Below, piece by piece: positions 1 through 8,558 of a DNA stretch of 57,845 nucleotides. The stretch lies in the IMG/VR virus record IMGVR_UViG_3300006353_000001, one strand, 5' to 3'. Source of the stretch: a virus. The translations under genes and the position numbers were made by a program. Position 1 is the first letter of the stretch; each line of letters opens with the position of its first letter. The notes below the pieces were generated by a model. The model was not told the DNA's origin. It did no database searches and worked only from the letters and a program-made list of their open reading frames with translations.

Positions 1-120
1 GCAGTTAGACGAAATCGCAGAGGAAGGTGTTAGAGATATCGCTGGGCAGATCTTTCGTGCTGCAGTGAAATTCTCCCCGGTCTACAGTGGTGCGTTCCGA
101 GCCAGTTGGCGGATAGCATT
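1..120. repeat. Contig-end direct repeat (identical copy at 57726..57845); genome is circularly closed or terminally redundant, unique length about 57,725 bp
   Basis: Bases 1..120 (gcagttagacgaaatcgc...ggcggatagcatt) recur exactly at 57726..57845. The repeat lies inside an open reading frame, so an assembly overlap is more likely than a physical terminus. Confidence 0.9.
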
Positions 121-334
121 CAACGAGCCCAGAGAGGACGTCACGAACGGACGAGGCCCTGAAAACCCAATCCGCGGCGCGGCCTTCAGGTGGCCGTCCG
201 GATTCAGATTAGGCGATATAGTGATTATCTCCAACAACCAGCCTTACGCTGAGTTGATCGAGTACGCGGGCTGGTCGAATCAAGCCCCGTATGGTGTGCT
301 GAGGTTGGCCATTGCAAGTGTTCAGTACCTGTGA
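2..334 (+). CDS. Neck / tail-completion protein, HK97 gp10-like (3' part; gene starts at ATG 57682 and runs through the end overlap, 125 aa in total)
   Basis: The frame is open from the contig start (ORF track 65..334) and is the same frame as 57682..57845. Motifs SPVYSGAFRASW and YAELIEYAGW resemble gp10-family neck proteins (recollection). It sits between the head-closure and tail-terminator genes. Confidence 0.55.
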   Translation, partial: QLDEIAEEGVRDIAGQIFRAAVKFSPVYSGAFRASWRIAFNEPREDVTNGRGPENPIRGAAFRWPSGFRLGDIVIISNNQPYAELIEYAGWSNQAPYGVLRLAIASVQYL

Positions 335-750
335 AATACGACGTTGTCCAACAGAGTCTTGAGGAGTTCGTGGTGGCCAATTGGTCACACACGATCGTCC
401 AATACGACAATGTGGCATTCAACGCCGAACTTTACAGTGAGTACTTGCAATGCACGATTCGGTTCGGCGAGGCTGCTCAACGCACGTTGGTACGTGAGGG
501 TTGCTACCGCCAAGTCGGTCTGCTCATGTTGACTGCAAAAGTGAAGCCGGGTACTGGCTCTGCCAGGAAACTAGCTCTGGCCACGTTGGCCGCTGACATG
601 GTGAAGAACGTCGTGGTGCATGCGACGGCTCCGTTGATTGCACCGAATGTTGTGTTAAAGGTCCCCGACATGTTCAATGATGACAAGGAACGTGACGGTT
701 GGGTGATGGCGCAAGTCAGTTGCCCGTTCTACTACGATTTCACGGAGTAA
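331..750 (+). CDS. Tail terminator-like protein (tentative)
   Basis: 139-aa ORF. GTG 331 overlaps the upstream stop (GTGA). It lies immediately upstream of the tube protein. The W..YDNVAF pattern resembles DUF4128-type terminators (recollection). Confidence 0.45.
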   Translation: MKYDVVQQSLEEFVVANWSHTIVQYDNVAFNAELYSEYLQCTIRFGEAAQRTLVREGCYRQVGLLMLTAKVKPGTGSARKLALATLAADMVKNVVVHATAPLIAPNVVLKVPDMFNDDKERDGWVMAQVSCPFYYDFTE

Positions 751-755
751 CAATC

Positions 756-2060
756 ATGGCTTCATCCGACACCACAGTCCTTCGCTACGCCTTGGAGACG
801 GTCAAGGGCGTGACGCCGGACAATTCAGTCAAGGCGACTGGTACGTTGACCGGCTCGGCCAACTTCGCCAATTCGGAGACCGTCACCATCAACGGCAAGG
901 TCTACACCTTCGAATCGGCATTGACCAACGTCGATGGCCACGTCAAGGTGGCGGCCTCGCTCGCCCTTTCACTGGTGAACCTCCAAAATGCCATCAACCT
1001 GAACGGCGCCGGCGTGCCCGGTACCGATTACGCCACTGCGACCACGGAACATCCGACGGTCGAGGCTCCTGCGACCACCGCCACCACCCTCACGGCGCGC
1101 GCCAAGGGCTCCGGCACCGCCGGCAACGCCCTGACCACGACGGAAGCCGCCGCCAATGCGGCGTGGGGCGCGGCCACTCTGACCGGCGGCGCGAACGCCA
1201 CGGGCCTCACCCTGAAGCACATCCGTTACACGGGCGAGTCGATCAACTTCAACATCGAAAACACCAAGTCGGCTGAAATCACGCCGTCCCGTGTCGAGAC
1301 TGACCTGATCCAGACGTCTGCCGAAGCCTCCGGCGACATCAACGCGGAACTCTCGTACGGCACTTTCGATGACTTCATCGAAGCGGTGATGTGCGGCACG
1401 TGGACGGCTGACGTGCTGGAGAACGGGACCATCCTGCGGTCGTTCCTGGTGCAGAAGCACTTTACCGACATGGACATCCAGCAGTACCACAACTACAACG
1501 GCATGTCCCTTGAAGGTTGGGACCTGAAGATGGAGATCGGCAAGATCGTCGAGAGCACCTTCAGCTTCATGGGGTTCGGCAACACGCCCACGGAGGGCCA
1601 GATCGGCGGCGCGACCATCGGCGACCCCACGGACACCCAGCCGATGAATGCGGTGACGAACGTCCAAGACTTCATCGTGGACTCAGTGCCGTACGGCGGC
1701 TGCATCAACTCGCTCGGCCTGAACCTCAAGAACAACATCCGAGCCATCCAGTGCTTGGGGTCGCTCGCCGCTCGTGACACCAAGCTGGGTACCTTGGAAG
1801 TGTCCGGCGACATGGATCTGTACTTCAGTGATGGCTCCATGTACGAGCGATTCATCCAAGGCTTGGAATTCCCGTTCAGCTTCCGTCTCGAAGACAATGA
1901 CGGCAACAGTTATTCCATTGCCATTCCACGGGCGAAGTTCGAATCCGCGGAGGTGGTGTCTGGGGGCAAGAACTCCGACGTCATGCTCAGTGGTAAGTGG
2001 CGTGGCCTCCTCGACGGCACCTCCGGGAACGTCATCGAGATCACGCGTGATCCTGCGTAA
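756..2060 (+). CDS. Major tail tube protein with an extra N-proximal domain
   Basis: ORF track gives 699..2060, but ATG 756 follows the upstream stop at 750. 434 aa. Motifs VLRYALETVKG and IRYTGESINF are tube-protein-like. It lies directly upstream of the chaperone pair and tape measure. Confidence 0.65.
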   Translation: MASSDTTVLRYALETVKGVTPDNSVKATGTLTGSANFANSETVTINGKVYTFESALTNVDGHVKVAASLALSLVNLQNAINLNGAGVPGTDYATATTEHPTVEAPATTATTLTARAKGSGTAGNALTTTEAAANAAWGAATLTGGANATGLTLKHIRYTGESINFNIENTKSAEITPSRVETDLIQTSAEASGDINAELSYGTFDDFIEAVMCGTWTADVLENGTILRSFLVQKHFTDMDIQQYHNYNGMSLEGWDLKMEIGKIVESTFSFMGFGNTPTEGQIGGATIGDPTDTQPMNAVTNVQDFIVDSVPYGGCINSLGLNLKNNIRAIQCLGSLAARDTKLGTLEVSGDMDLYFSDGSMYERFIQGLEFPFSFRLEDNDGNSYSIAIPRAKFESAEVVSGGKNSDVMLSGKWRGLLDGTSGNVIEITRDPA

Positions 2061-2079
2061 TCAACCATAGGACATTCAA

Positions 2080-2466
2080 ATGTTCACCGTAGATGCTGAC
2101 CTCTCTCAACTGGAATCCGGAGTCTGGGGCGAATTCTCAGGCTCCGAATTCCTGATCGCACACATCTCCAACAAGAAGTTCCAGCGCTGTCTGGCACGGC
2201 TGCAGCAGCCGCACAAGAAGAAGCTGGAGCAGGGCACCCTCGATCCCATCGTGAATCGGGACATCCTCGCCAAGGCGATGGCCGAAGGCCTGGTCCTCGA
2301 CTGGCGCAGGGTCGTCAATTCGACGAAGCAGGACGTGCCGTACACCAAAGAGGCCGTCGAATCGGCGCTCAAAGCGGATCCTGAATTCCGTGACTGGGTC
2401 AGTGAGTACGCACTGAACCTGGCCAACTTCCGCAAGGAGGTCATCGACGAGATGGGGGAAGACTGA
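2080..2466 (+). CDS. Tail assembly chaperone (lambda gpG-equivalent)
   Basis: 128-aa acidic ORF between tube protein and tape measure, followed by an overlapping ORF in the -1 frame. This is the conserved G/GT arrangement. Confidence 0.65.
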   Translation: MFTVDADLSQLESGVWGEFSGSEFLIAHISNKKFQRCLARLQQPHKKKLEQGTLDPIVNRDILAKAMAEGLVLDWRRVVNSTKQDVPYTKEAVESALKADPEFRDWVSEYALNLANFRKEVIDEMGED

Positions 2467-2837
2467 CGGCTTGGGTCGTCTGGCAGGGCGAGTGGGGTAA
2501 GAAGCGCAAGTTCCTCGAAGAGATGGAGGAGAAGACTGGCGTGACCCCACCAGCTCTGTTGAGGGAGCCCAAGCTGACAGGTCTAGATTTAGAGGTGGTT
2601 GCAGGTTACAACGTACTGGCATCTAGACGCACTGTAGGGTTTTCAGCCAATCCGATTCAGCTGTCAGAGATTCACGCGTTTTTCCAGCTGTTCGGGGAGC
2701 CTTCGTTGCCGAAGGAGCTCTTCATTGAACTCATAGGCACCATGGACACCAAGTACCTGGAAAAAGCAAATGGCGACAAACCTACAAGTCAACGCAACAA
2801 CAAGTCAAGCGGTAGGAGCGTTCAACGCCCTCGCTAG
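2406..2837 (+). CDS. gpT-like -1 frame segment of the tail assembly chaperone (G-T fusion by frameshift, or independent start at ATG 2523)
   Basis: The -1 frame is open from 2406 (stop TGA at 2403..2405) to 2837. It overlaps the last 61 nt of the chaperone ORF and the start of the tape measure gene. Confidence 0.5.
   Translation, partial: VRTEPGQLPQGGHRRDGGRLTAWVVWQGEWGKKRKFLEEMEEKTGVTPPALLREPKLTGLDLEVVAGYNVLASRRTVGFSANPIQLSEIHAFFQLFGEPSLPKELFIELIGTMDTKYLEKANGDKPTSQRNNKSSGRSVQRPR
2454..2460 (+). promoter_or_regulatory. Candidate -1 ribosomal slip site GGGGGAA
   Basis: This is the only homopolymeric run in the 2406..2466 overlap window. In frame it reads atg ggg gaa gac tga. A -1 slip on GGG would give ...EMG-GRLTAWVVWQ... 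It is not a canonical X XXY YYZ heptamer. Confidence 0.3.
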
Positions 2838-5800
2838 CTCGATCGCCAATGCCCAGTCTGGCTTCGCCAGACTGACTCAAACCGTCAATACTGGCACGAC
2901 CGCCTTCGTCAATTACGGCGGTCGTGGCATTGCCAGCCTCACCCGTGGATTCGATCAACTGACGTCCATCGTCGCGCATTCTCTGGACATTCTGAAAGTC
3001 CTGGGCGCCGGCATTGAATTCGTCTTCACGGCGATCGTCAGAGAACTGGACAAACTCCAGGGCTTCAACGCTATCATGTCGGTGACGGCAGGCAGTGCCG
3101 CCACTGCCTCCGACGCTTACAATTTTCTGCGCACCACAGCTGACAAACTGGGTGTGCAGTTCGACGCACTGTCAGGCAACTACGCCAAGTTGGTCGCGGC
3201 CATCCCTGAAGGCGCTGACCGTTTGCAGATCGCTGAGAAAGCGTTCCTTGGCATCGCTCAGGCGGCCAGAACCCTGCACTCCAGCAATCAGGACACTCAA
3301 CTCATGTTCTACGCGATCACCCAGATCGCGTCCAAGGGCGTGGTGTCGATGGAAGAACTTCGCCGGCAGTTGGGTGAGAAGTTGCCCGGTGCGTTGCAGA
3401 TCGCCGCTCGGTCACTGAACACCACCGTCGAAGAGCTCACGAAGGCTATCGGCAAAGGCTTGGTGGACTCCGCCAAGTTCCTCCCATTCTTCGGCGACGA
3501 ACTGATTCGCACGTTCAGTGGATCGGCCGAAAAGGCCTCTCAGAGCGTGTCGGCGTCAATCAATCGCCTGACTAATGTGTGGATCGACTTCGTCAAGCAA
3601 ATTCTGGATTCAGGTGCCGGCCAGTCCATCATCGGGGTGTTCGATGCACTGCGTGAGAAGCTCAGTGACCCGTACCTCATCGAACGATTCGCGGCCCTGA
3701 TCAAGTACCTGGCCGACAAATTCACTGAGTTCATCACGAACCTTACTCAGGAAGACATCCGGAACGGCTTCGACACCTTCACCAAGGGCGTGGAATTGGC
3801 CATCAACATCACCGGCAAACTCATCGAAATCTTCACCTGGGTCATCAATCATGCTCCTGCAGTTGGTGCTGCAATCGGTGCCGTGGCGGGTGCTACCGCA
3901 GGCTTGGTGGCTGGTCCCGTTGGGGCTGCTGTGGGCGGAGTTGTTGGTGCTGCTGGTGGACTGGCTGCTGGATATGCATTGAGTCCGTCGTCCGCTGACG
4001 TGGCTCAGAGACAGCAGTCAGATCAGAACGCCCGTCAAAATCAGGAGCAGCGTCGCCTCGACGCGGAGAACCTCAAGTACACCCAACTCATCCCACTGCT
4101 TCAGCAGTTCAAGGGTCTGAAGGGTCTGGATCAGGTGGAGCCTCTGCTGAAGCAGGAACGGCTGACTCAGAAGACGTTGGACGTCGTCGCCAATATCCTG
4201 ACAGATCCGAAGTACAAGACTGAGCAGGATCGCACGAAGGCGTTGCAGGACTTCTCCAAGTACGGGATCGAGCTCGGTCCACGAGGCACGTTGAAAGATG
4301 TGCTGGGTGGCAAGGGCAAGCCCGACAAGGAGGCTCAGAAGCTCCAGAACACGATGAATCGTGGGTTCGGCCTAGATGCCAACTTCTACGACGAGTGGAA
4401 TCGCCTGACTACCCTGTTCAAGACCGGCCGGATCAATCTCGACGAACTCACTGCGGCACAGGATCGTCTGTTGGACAAGCAGCCGATCATCGCCGAATTC
4501 AATCGTCAGAAGGCCAAGAGCAATGAGGAGGATGGTAAGGGTCTGGATCTGTTGATCAAACAGATCACCGTCAAGGACAAGGCCAATCGCGGGTTGGATG
4601 ATGAGATTCGTCTCGCCGGGCTGCGCAATGACGAGTTGTTCGTCGAGCAAGGTCTGACGAAGATCATCAACGATTACGCGGATGCGGGCATTCCGAAAAA
4701 GGAGATCGATGCATTACTGCCGGCCCTGCGTCAGAAGCTCGAACTGCTGCGTGAGACTCAGCAGATCACTCAGGCCGAGAATGCCATCCTAGACGCCACG
4801 GTCGACAAGTACAAGGCTCAGATCATTCAGCAAAAGGCTATGAAGGCGTTGATCGCTGATCCGACTTCTGGCTTCACGAAGACCGATGCCACAGACCTCA
4901 TCACGACTCAGGATCAGAATTTTGCAGGTTCTGCGGAGTGGATCGCCGCTCAACAACGCAACCTGCAGAACTATTACGCCTATGTACAAGGCCTTCGAAA
5001 CGCTGATCTGATCAGTGAGCAATCTGCTTACCAGGCCAAGTCAGCGGCGGCAGCTGCGTTCAACACCCAACTGAACGACGCGTACGTCAAGGCCGCCGAT
5101 CTGCGGTTGAAGGCCGGATCCACAGACATCATCGATGGCATGATCGCCAGTCTGGGTCGGCTGGCGTCCGGATTCACGAACTTCTTTGCAGGTGCCACCA
5201 CTGCTTTCGGCAATTTCTTCACATCATTCACCGACGGATTCGCCAACAGTGTCGGCCGGGCTATCGTGTACTCTGAGGACTTCGGCGACGCGTTGAAGAA
5301 CGTGGCTCGTCAGGGTATCGCTGAGCTCATCTCAGCCATGGTCAAGTTGGGCATCCAATGGGTCGCCAACGCGGTGTTGGGACAGTCCATTGCGGCGGCC
5401 ACCTTGGCTACTACCACGACAGCAAGTCTGACTGCGGCGACCGCAATGGCCGCAGCCTGGGCACCTGCCGCAGCAGCTGTCTCATTGGCGACGTTCGGAG
5501 CCAACGCCGCCGGAGCCATTGCAGGTATCTCAGCCACATACGCCACCACGGAGGCCTTGGCTCTCACCAGCTTTGCAGGATTCCAATCAGGCGGCTACAC
5601 TGGAAACGGCGGCCTCTCTGATATTGCCGGCGTGGTGCATGGGAAGGAATTTGTGGTCAATGCCGATGCGACCGCCCGCAACCGCGCCACACTCGAAGCG
5701 ATGAATCATGGTCGGGACATAGGCGGTGGCATCAACGTCGTCATCCAAGACTTCACCTCAGGTGACAAGACTTGGGAGGTTGAACAGTTGTCAGAATCTG

Positions 5801-5943
5801 ATGTACGGATCATCGCCCGTGAAGAGGCCAATAAGGCTGTGGATACACGAGCTCCGGTGGCCGTGGCCAATGATCTGAACGATCCGAATTCCAGAACGTC
5901 CAAAGCCATTGCTCGGAACACTAAGAGTGAGCGCAAGAGATGA
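2770..5943 (+). CDS. Tail tape measure protein
   Basis: 1057 aa. Classic tape-measure core (ITQIASKGVVSMEELRRQLGEKLPGALQIAA...TVEELTKAIGKGLVDS), Gly/Ala-rich hydrophobic segments and long coiled-coil-like stretches. It follows the chaperones. Confidence 0.9.
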   Translation: MATNLQVNATTSQAVGAFNALASSIANAQSGFARLTQTVNTGTTAFVNYGGRGIASLTRGFDQLTSIVAHSLDILKVLGAGIEFVFTAIVRELDKLQGFNAIMSVTAGSAATASDAYNFLRTTADKLGVQFDALSGNYAKLVAAIPEGADRLQIAEKAFLGIAQAARTLHSSNQDTQLMFYAITQIASKGVVSMEELRRQLGEKLPGALQIAARSLNTTVEELTKAIGKGLVDSAKFLPFFGDELIRTFSGSAEKASQSVSASINRLTNVWIDFVKQILDSGAGQSIIGVFDALREKLSDPYLIERFAALIKYLADKFTEFITNLTQEDIRNGFDTFTKGVELAINITGKLIEIFTWVINHAPAVGAAIGAVAGATAGLVAGPVGAAVGGVVGAAGGLAAGYALSPSSADVAQRQQSDQNARQNQEQRRLDAENLKYTQLIPLLQQFKGLKGLDQVEPLLKQERLTQKTLDVVANILTDPKYKTEQDRTKALQDFSKYGIELGPRGTLKDVLGGKGKPDKEAQKLQNTMNRGFGLDANFYDEWNRLTTLFKTGRINLDELTAAQDRLLDKQPIIAEFNRQKAKSNEEDGKGLDLLIKQITVKDKANRGLDDEIRLAGLRNDELFVEQGLTKIINDYADAGIPKKEIDALLPALRQKLELLRETQQITQAENAILDATVDKYKAQIIQQKAMKALIADPTSGFTKTDATDLITTQDQNFAGSAEWIAAQQRNLQNYYAYVQGLRNADLISEQSAYQAKSAAAAAFNTQLNDAYVKAADLRLKAGSTDIIDGMIASLGRLASGFTNFFAGATTAFGNFFTSFTDGFANSVGRAIVYSEDFGDALKNVARQGIAELISAMVKLGIQWVANAVLGQSIAAATLATTTTASLTAATAMAAAWAPAAAAVSLATFGANAAGAIAGISATYATTEALALTSFAGFQSGGYTGNGGLSDIAGVVHGKEFVVNADATARNRATLEAMNHGRDIGGGINVVIQDFTSGDKTWEVEQLSESDVRIIAREEANKAVDTRAPVAVANDLNDPNSRTSKAIARNTKSERKR

Positions 5944-7142
5944 CTCAGCTGACTCTAGACGTAGTAGCCAACGGCTACACTGTCACAGAACCCGAACAGA
6001 TCCATTACCAGGCCCTGGAAGGCGGTATGGGTCGGTACACCCTCGACATGGTGGGTGGAGCCAATCGACTTGTGAACGTGACCTGGGTGTGCAGTGGTGA
6101 CGAGTACGAGTACTTGAACGAGTTCTTCCGAACCAATGTAGGATTGGACTGTCCACCGTTCGAAATCATGCTGTTGATAGATGGCAGTGCTCCGGCCGTG
6201 CTGTACGACGGGGTCCAGTTCGTGGAGGACTCGTTCAAGTTGGCCAGCGTCAGTGCGGGCGTATTCACTGTGACAGCTCAGTTGGAGGTGCCACCGCTCA
6301 CGGATGTGGAGACCTGGTTTGACGCTGGTTGGGACGAGGTGTGGCCTGACACACCGCGCAAGCTCAATCTGCATCCACAACAGTCCAACTACAGTATGGA
6401 CTTCGGGTCCGAGATCGTCAGCACCAATCAGGGCGGTCCACAAGGCAGCTACCGCAGATCGTACCTCAATGCGGCGCGTCGTGTGACGGTCAAGTGGTTG
6501 ACAGAGTCCGCTGGTTACGGATACCTACAAACCTGCTACAGGAGCTTCGTGTCCAGTGGTGGCGAGCCATTCTTGATCGATCTGTTACTGGATTCGCAGG
6601 ACGTCACGGAACACCGGGCTTGCTTCGTCCCTGGCTCATTCAGTCTATCTGAACAGAAGGGTGACGCTTACACGATCGACGCAGTGCTGGAAGTCGAACC
6701 AGCTCCGTACGTCGGAGACTTCGTACAGCATCCGTCAGTGTTACCGACTGGCGGTGGCCTCATTGGGTGGTTTGAGCCGGACAATCCGTCATACGGCGTG
6801 GCGACGGAGGGCGCTTCGGGCTCCAGAAGTATCGAGGACGGCCCGTTCCCATCTAGTCAAGATCTGTACCTGGGGGTGGTCGGCTGGATCGATGAGACAG
6901 TGGTGTGGGATCTGGATTGGGTAACAACGTCCTTTTCAGGATTTGACCCGACACTGACAGATCTGGGCGGTGGCAAGGCCATGCTGTCGTGGGTGAACAT
7001 CGATTACCCATTCAATCGCGGTTACGATGCGGGTGTGGCTACGATAACTGCCACCGTCAACGGATCGCCGTCCAACGCTATCGAAGCTGTCATGGCCAGC
7101 CAATTCTACGGCAATTTGGTCTGGGGGCCTGTATCACCATGA
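5940..7142 (+). CDS. Distal/minor tail protein with a tandemly duplicated domain (gpM-equivalent position)
   Basis: 400 aa. ATGA overlap with the tape measure stop. Residues ~25-118 and ~165-262 share the pattern G..G.Y...R.V.V.W...Y.YL...R....PF.I.LL.D....FV..SF.L......A.LEV. Confidence 0.5.
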   Translation: MTQLTLDVVANGYTVTEPEQIHYQALEGGMGRYTLDMVGGANRLVNVTWVCSGDEYEYLNEFFRTNVGLDCPPFEIMLLIDGSAPAVLYDGVQFVEDSFKLASVSAGVFTVTAQLEVPPLTDVETWFDAGWDEVWPDTPRKLNLHPQQSNYSMDFGSEIVSTNQGGPQGSYRRSYLNAARRVTVKWLTESAGYGYLQTCYRSFVSSGGEPFLIDLLLDSQDVTEHRACFVPGSFSLSEQKGDAYTIDAVLEVEPAPYVGDFVQHPSVLPTGGGLIGWFEPDNPSYGVATEGASGSRSIEDGPFPSSQDLYLGVVGWIDETVVWDLDWVTTSFSGFDPTLTDLGGGKAMLSWVNIDYPFNRGYDAGVATITATVNGSPSNAIEAVMASQFYGNLVWGPVSP

Positions 7143-7702
7143 ATCAGATCACTGCTGTCGTACTGTCCAAGCACGGATACCAGCGCAGATTTCGTGATCT
7201 GGACTTCGTGGTGCATCACTCAGTCATCAACAATGCCAGGGATCTGTGCCTAGCTCGGTTTCAAGCTGTTCAGGCCGTCAGAACTCCGTACTTCTTCTAC
7301 CTTGACGACGACGATGATCTGCCGTTCGACTACTTGGATGTGTTGAACGACTGTGTGGCAGCGGGCGCTTGTGTGGCGTACACCGACGAAATCATCGTGT
7401 CAGGTGACTCGTCCGAAATCCGTCGATCAGCGGACTACAGTCAGAGCCTGCACCTGAAACAGCCGTTGCTGATTCATCACTTAGCACTGTGTAGAACGGC
7501 CGACGCACGTGAGGTGGCGCGGACGCTACCCGTAGAACCCTACTGTCCGGAAATGATCCTGTACTGGGAATTGGCCAAGCGTGGCGCGGTGTACGTGCCA
7601 CGTGTGGGGTACGTGTGGAACAGGTCTAACGGCATGCACACGTGGACGTCCACGGCCAAGAGTTGGGTGAGAGCTCCAGAATACTGTGAGGCACATCCGT
7701 AA
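7139..7702 (+). CDS. GT-A fold (family 2-like) glycosyltransferase
   Basis: ORF track gives 6989..7702, but ATG 7139 overlaps the upstream stop (ATGA). 187 aa. It has an N-terminal beta-strand ITAVVLSK, a DXD-type motif YFFYLDDDDDLP, and later ILYWELAKRGAVYVPRVGYVW. Confidence 0.55.
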   Translation: MNQITAVVLSKHGYQRRFRDLDFVVHHSVINNARDLCLARFQAVQAVRTPYFFYLDDDDDLPFDYLDVLNDCVAAGACVAYTDEIIVSGDSSEIRRSADYSQSLHLKQPLLIHHLALCRTADAREVARTLPVEPYCPEMILYWELAKRGAVYVPRVGYVWNRSNGMHTWTSTAKSWVRAPEYCEAHP

Positions 7703-8202
7703 TGTCAGCTTACTCAGAATACTTCCTAGGCCGTTCGAGGCGCGTCGTCGGTCTGCAGCTGTTGCAGATCTCGCACCCGAACTTCTCACAGACATACTAC
7801 AAAGTCCGCAACGCCCGTGGCGGTGTGACAGTGACTTTGGAAACAGACGTCGAGCAGGTGTTCGATTACTTGCCCATGCAGATCACGCCGCTCAAGGCCA
7901 GTGACGATCTGGATACTGGCCTCAGTGTGGTGATGGGCGATATCGGGGAAGTCTTGCCGAAGGAGGTGGACTCCGTTGACGTCAATGACGGCTATTACAC
8001 AGAGCCCACAGTGATCTACCGCCTGTACCGGTCGGACCAACTGACTGCTCCTCTGTACGGACCCATCCCGCTGAAGGTCAAGACGATCACGTTCGATAGG
8101 ACTGGTCTGTCATTCGAAGCCAGGGCCCCACGCCTCAACTACAACAAGACGGGTGAGTTGTACCTGTTCGACAGATTTCCGATGCTCAGAGGCTTCCTGT
8201 GA
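7702..8202 (+). CDS. Minor tail protein L-like (DUF1833-like)
   Basis: 166 aa with a TAATG overlap. GLQLLQISHPNFSQTYYKV resembles the DUF1833 signature (recollection). It is in the lambda gpL position. Confidence 0.55.
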   Translation: MSAYSEYFLGRSRRVVGLQLLQISHPNFSQTYYKVRNARGGVTVTLETDVEQVFDYLPMQITPLKASDDLDTGLSVVMGDIGEVLPKEVDSVDVNDGYYTEPTVIYRLYRSDQLTAPLYGPIPLKVKTITFDRTGLSFEARAPRLNYNKTGELYLFDRFPMLRGFL

Positions 8203-8558
8203 GCATCGACAAGTTCTTCGGTCTGCGATACGACGAGAAGTCGTACAACTGCTATCACTTCACTTGTGACGTGTGGAAGCACCTCACCGACGAGGATCTT
8301 TCACAAATCATTGATGATCAGATGCAGACTTCAGGTAGACTGTACAGGCGATACGTTCGGCAGTTCAGAGAGCTGGATGTGCCGGTGTCACCCTGTCTAG
8401 TGATCATGCAGAATCCCAACGAAGTCGTTCACATGGGCGTCTATTACAAAGGTCGAATCCTGCACTTCTCAAAGGGATTGGGCACCGAGTATATGCCTCC
8501 GGAGGTGGCCTGCCGCCATCACTTGAAGGTCAGATATGCAGCTCGTAATCATTCATGA
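8199..8558 (+). CDS. NlpC/P60-type cysteine peptidase-like tail protein (gpK / GTA g14 position)
   Basis: 119 aa, GTG start overlapping the upstream stop. It has a Cys-His pair in the expected contexts (SYNCYHFTCDVWKHL; VVHMGVYYKGRILH). Confidence 0.55.
   Translation: MSIDKFFGLRYDEKSYNCYHFTCDVWKHLTDEDLSQIIDDQMQTSGRLYRRYVRQFRELDVPVSPCLVIMQNPNEVVHMGVYYKGRILHFSKGLGTEYMPPEVACRHHLKVRYAARNHS

Noticed and set aside
1-120. The 120-bp terminal repeat as a true direct terminal repeat of the virion DNA
   Set aside because: The repeat falls in the middle of a conserved neck-protein ORF that is restored only by circular joining. This is typical of assembler overlap. It cannot be excluded without read-level data.
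699-755. Upstream start (699) for the tail tube gene, and similarly 6989 for the glycosyltransferase, 20801 for the SSB-like gene and 25604 for the small ORF
   Set aside because: These extensions lie inside the preceding genes in another frame. ATGs placed at or just after the upstream stop codons fit the coupling pattern used throughout the genome.
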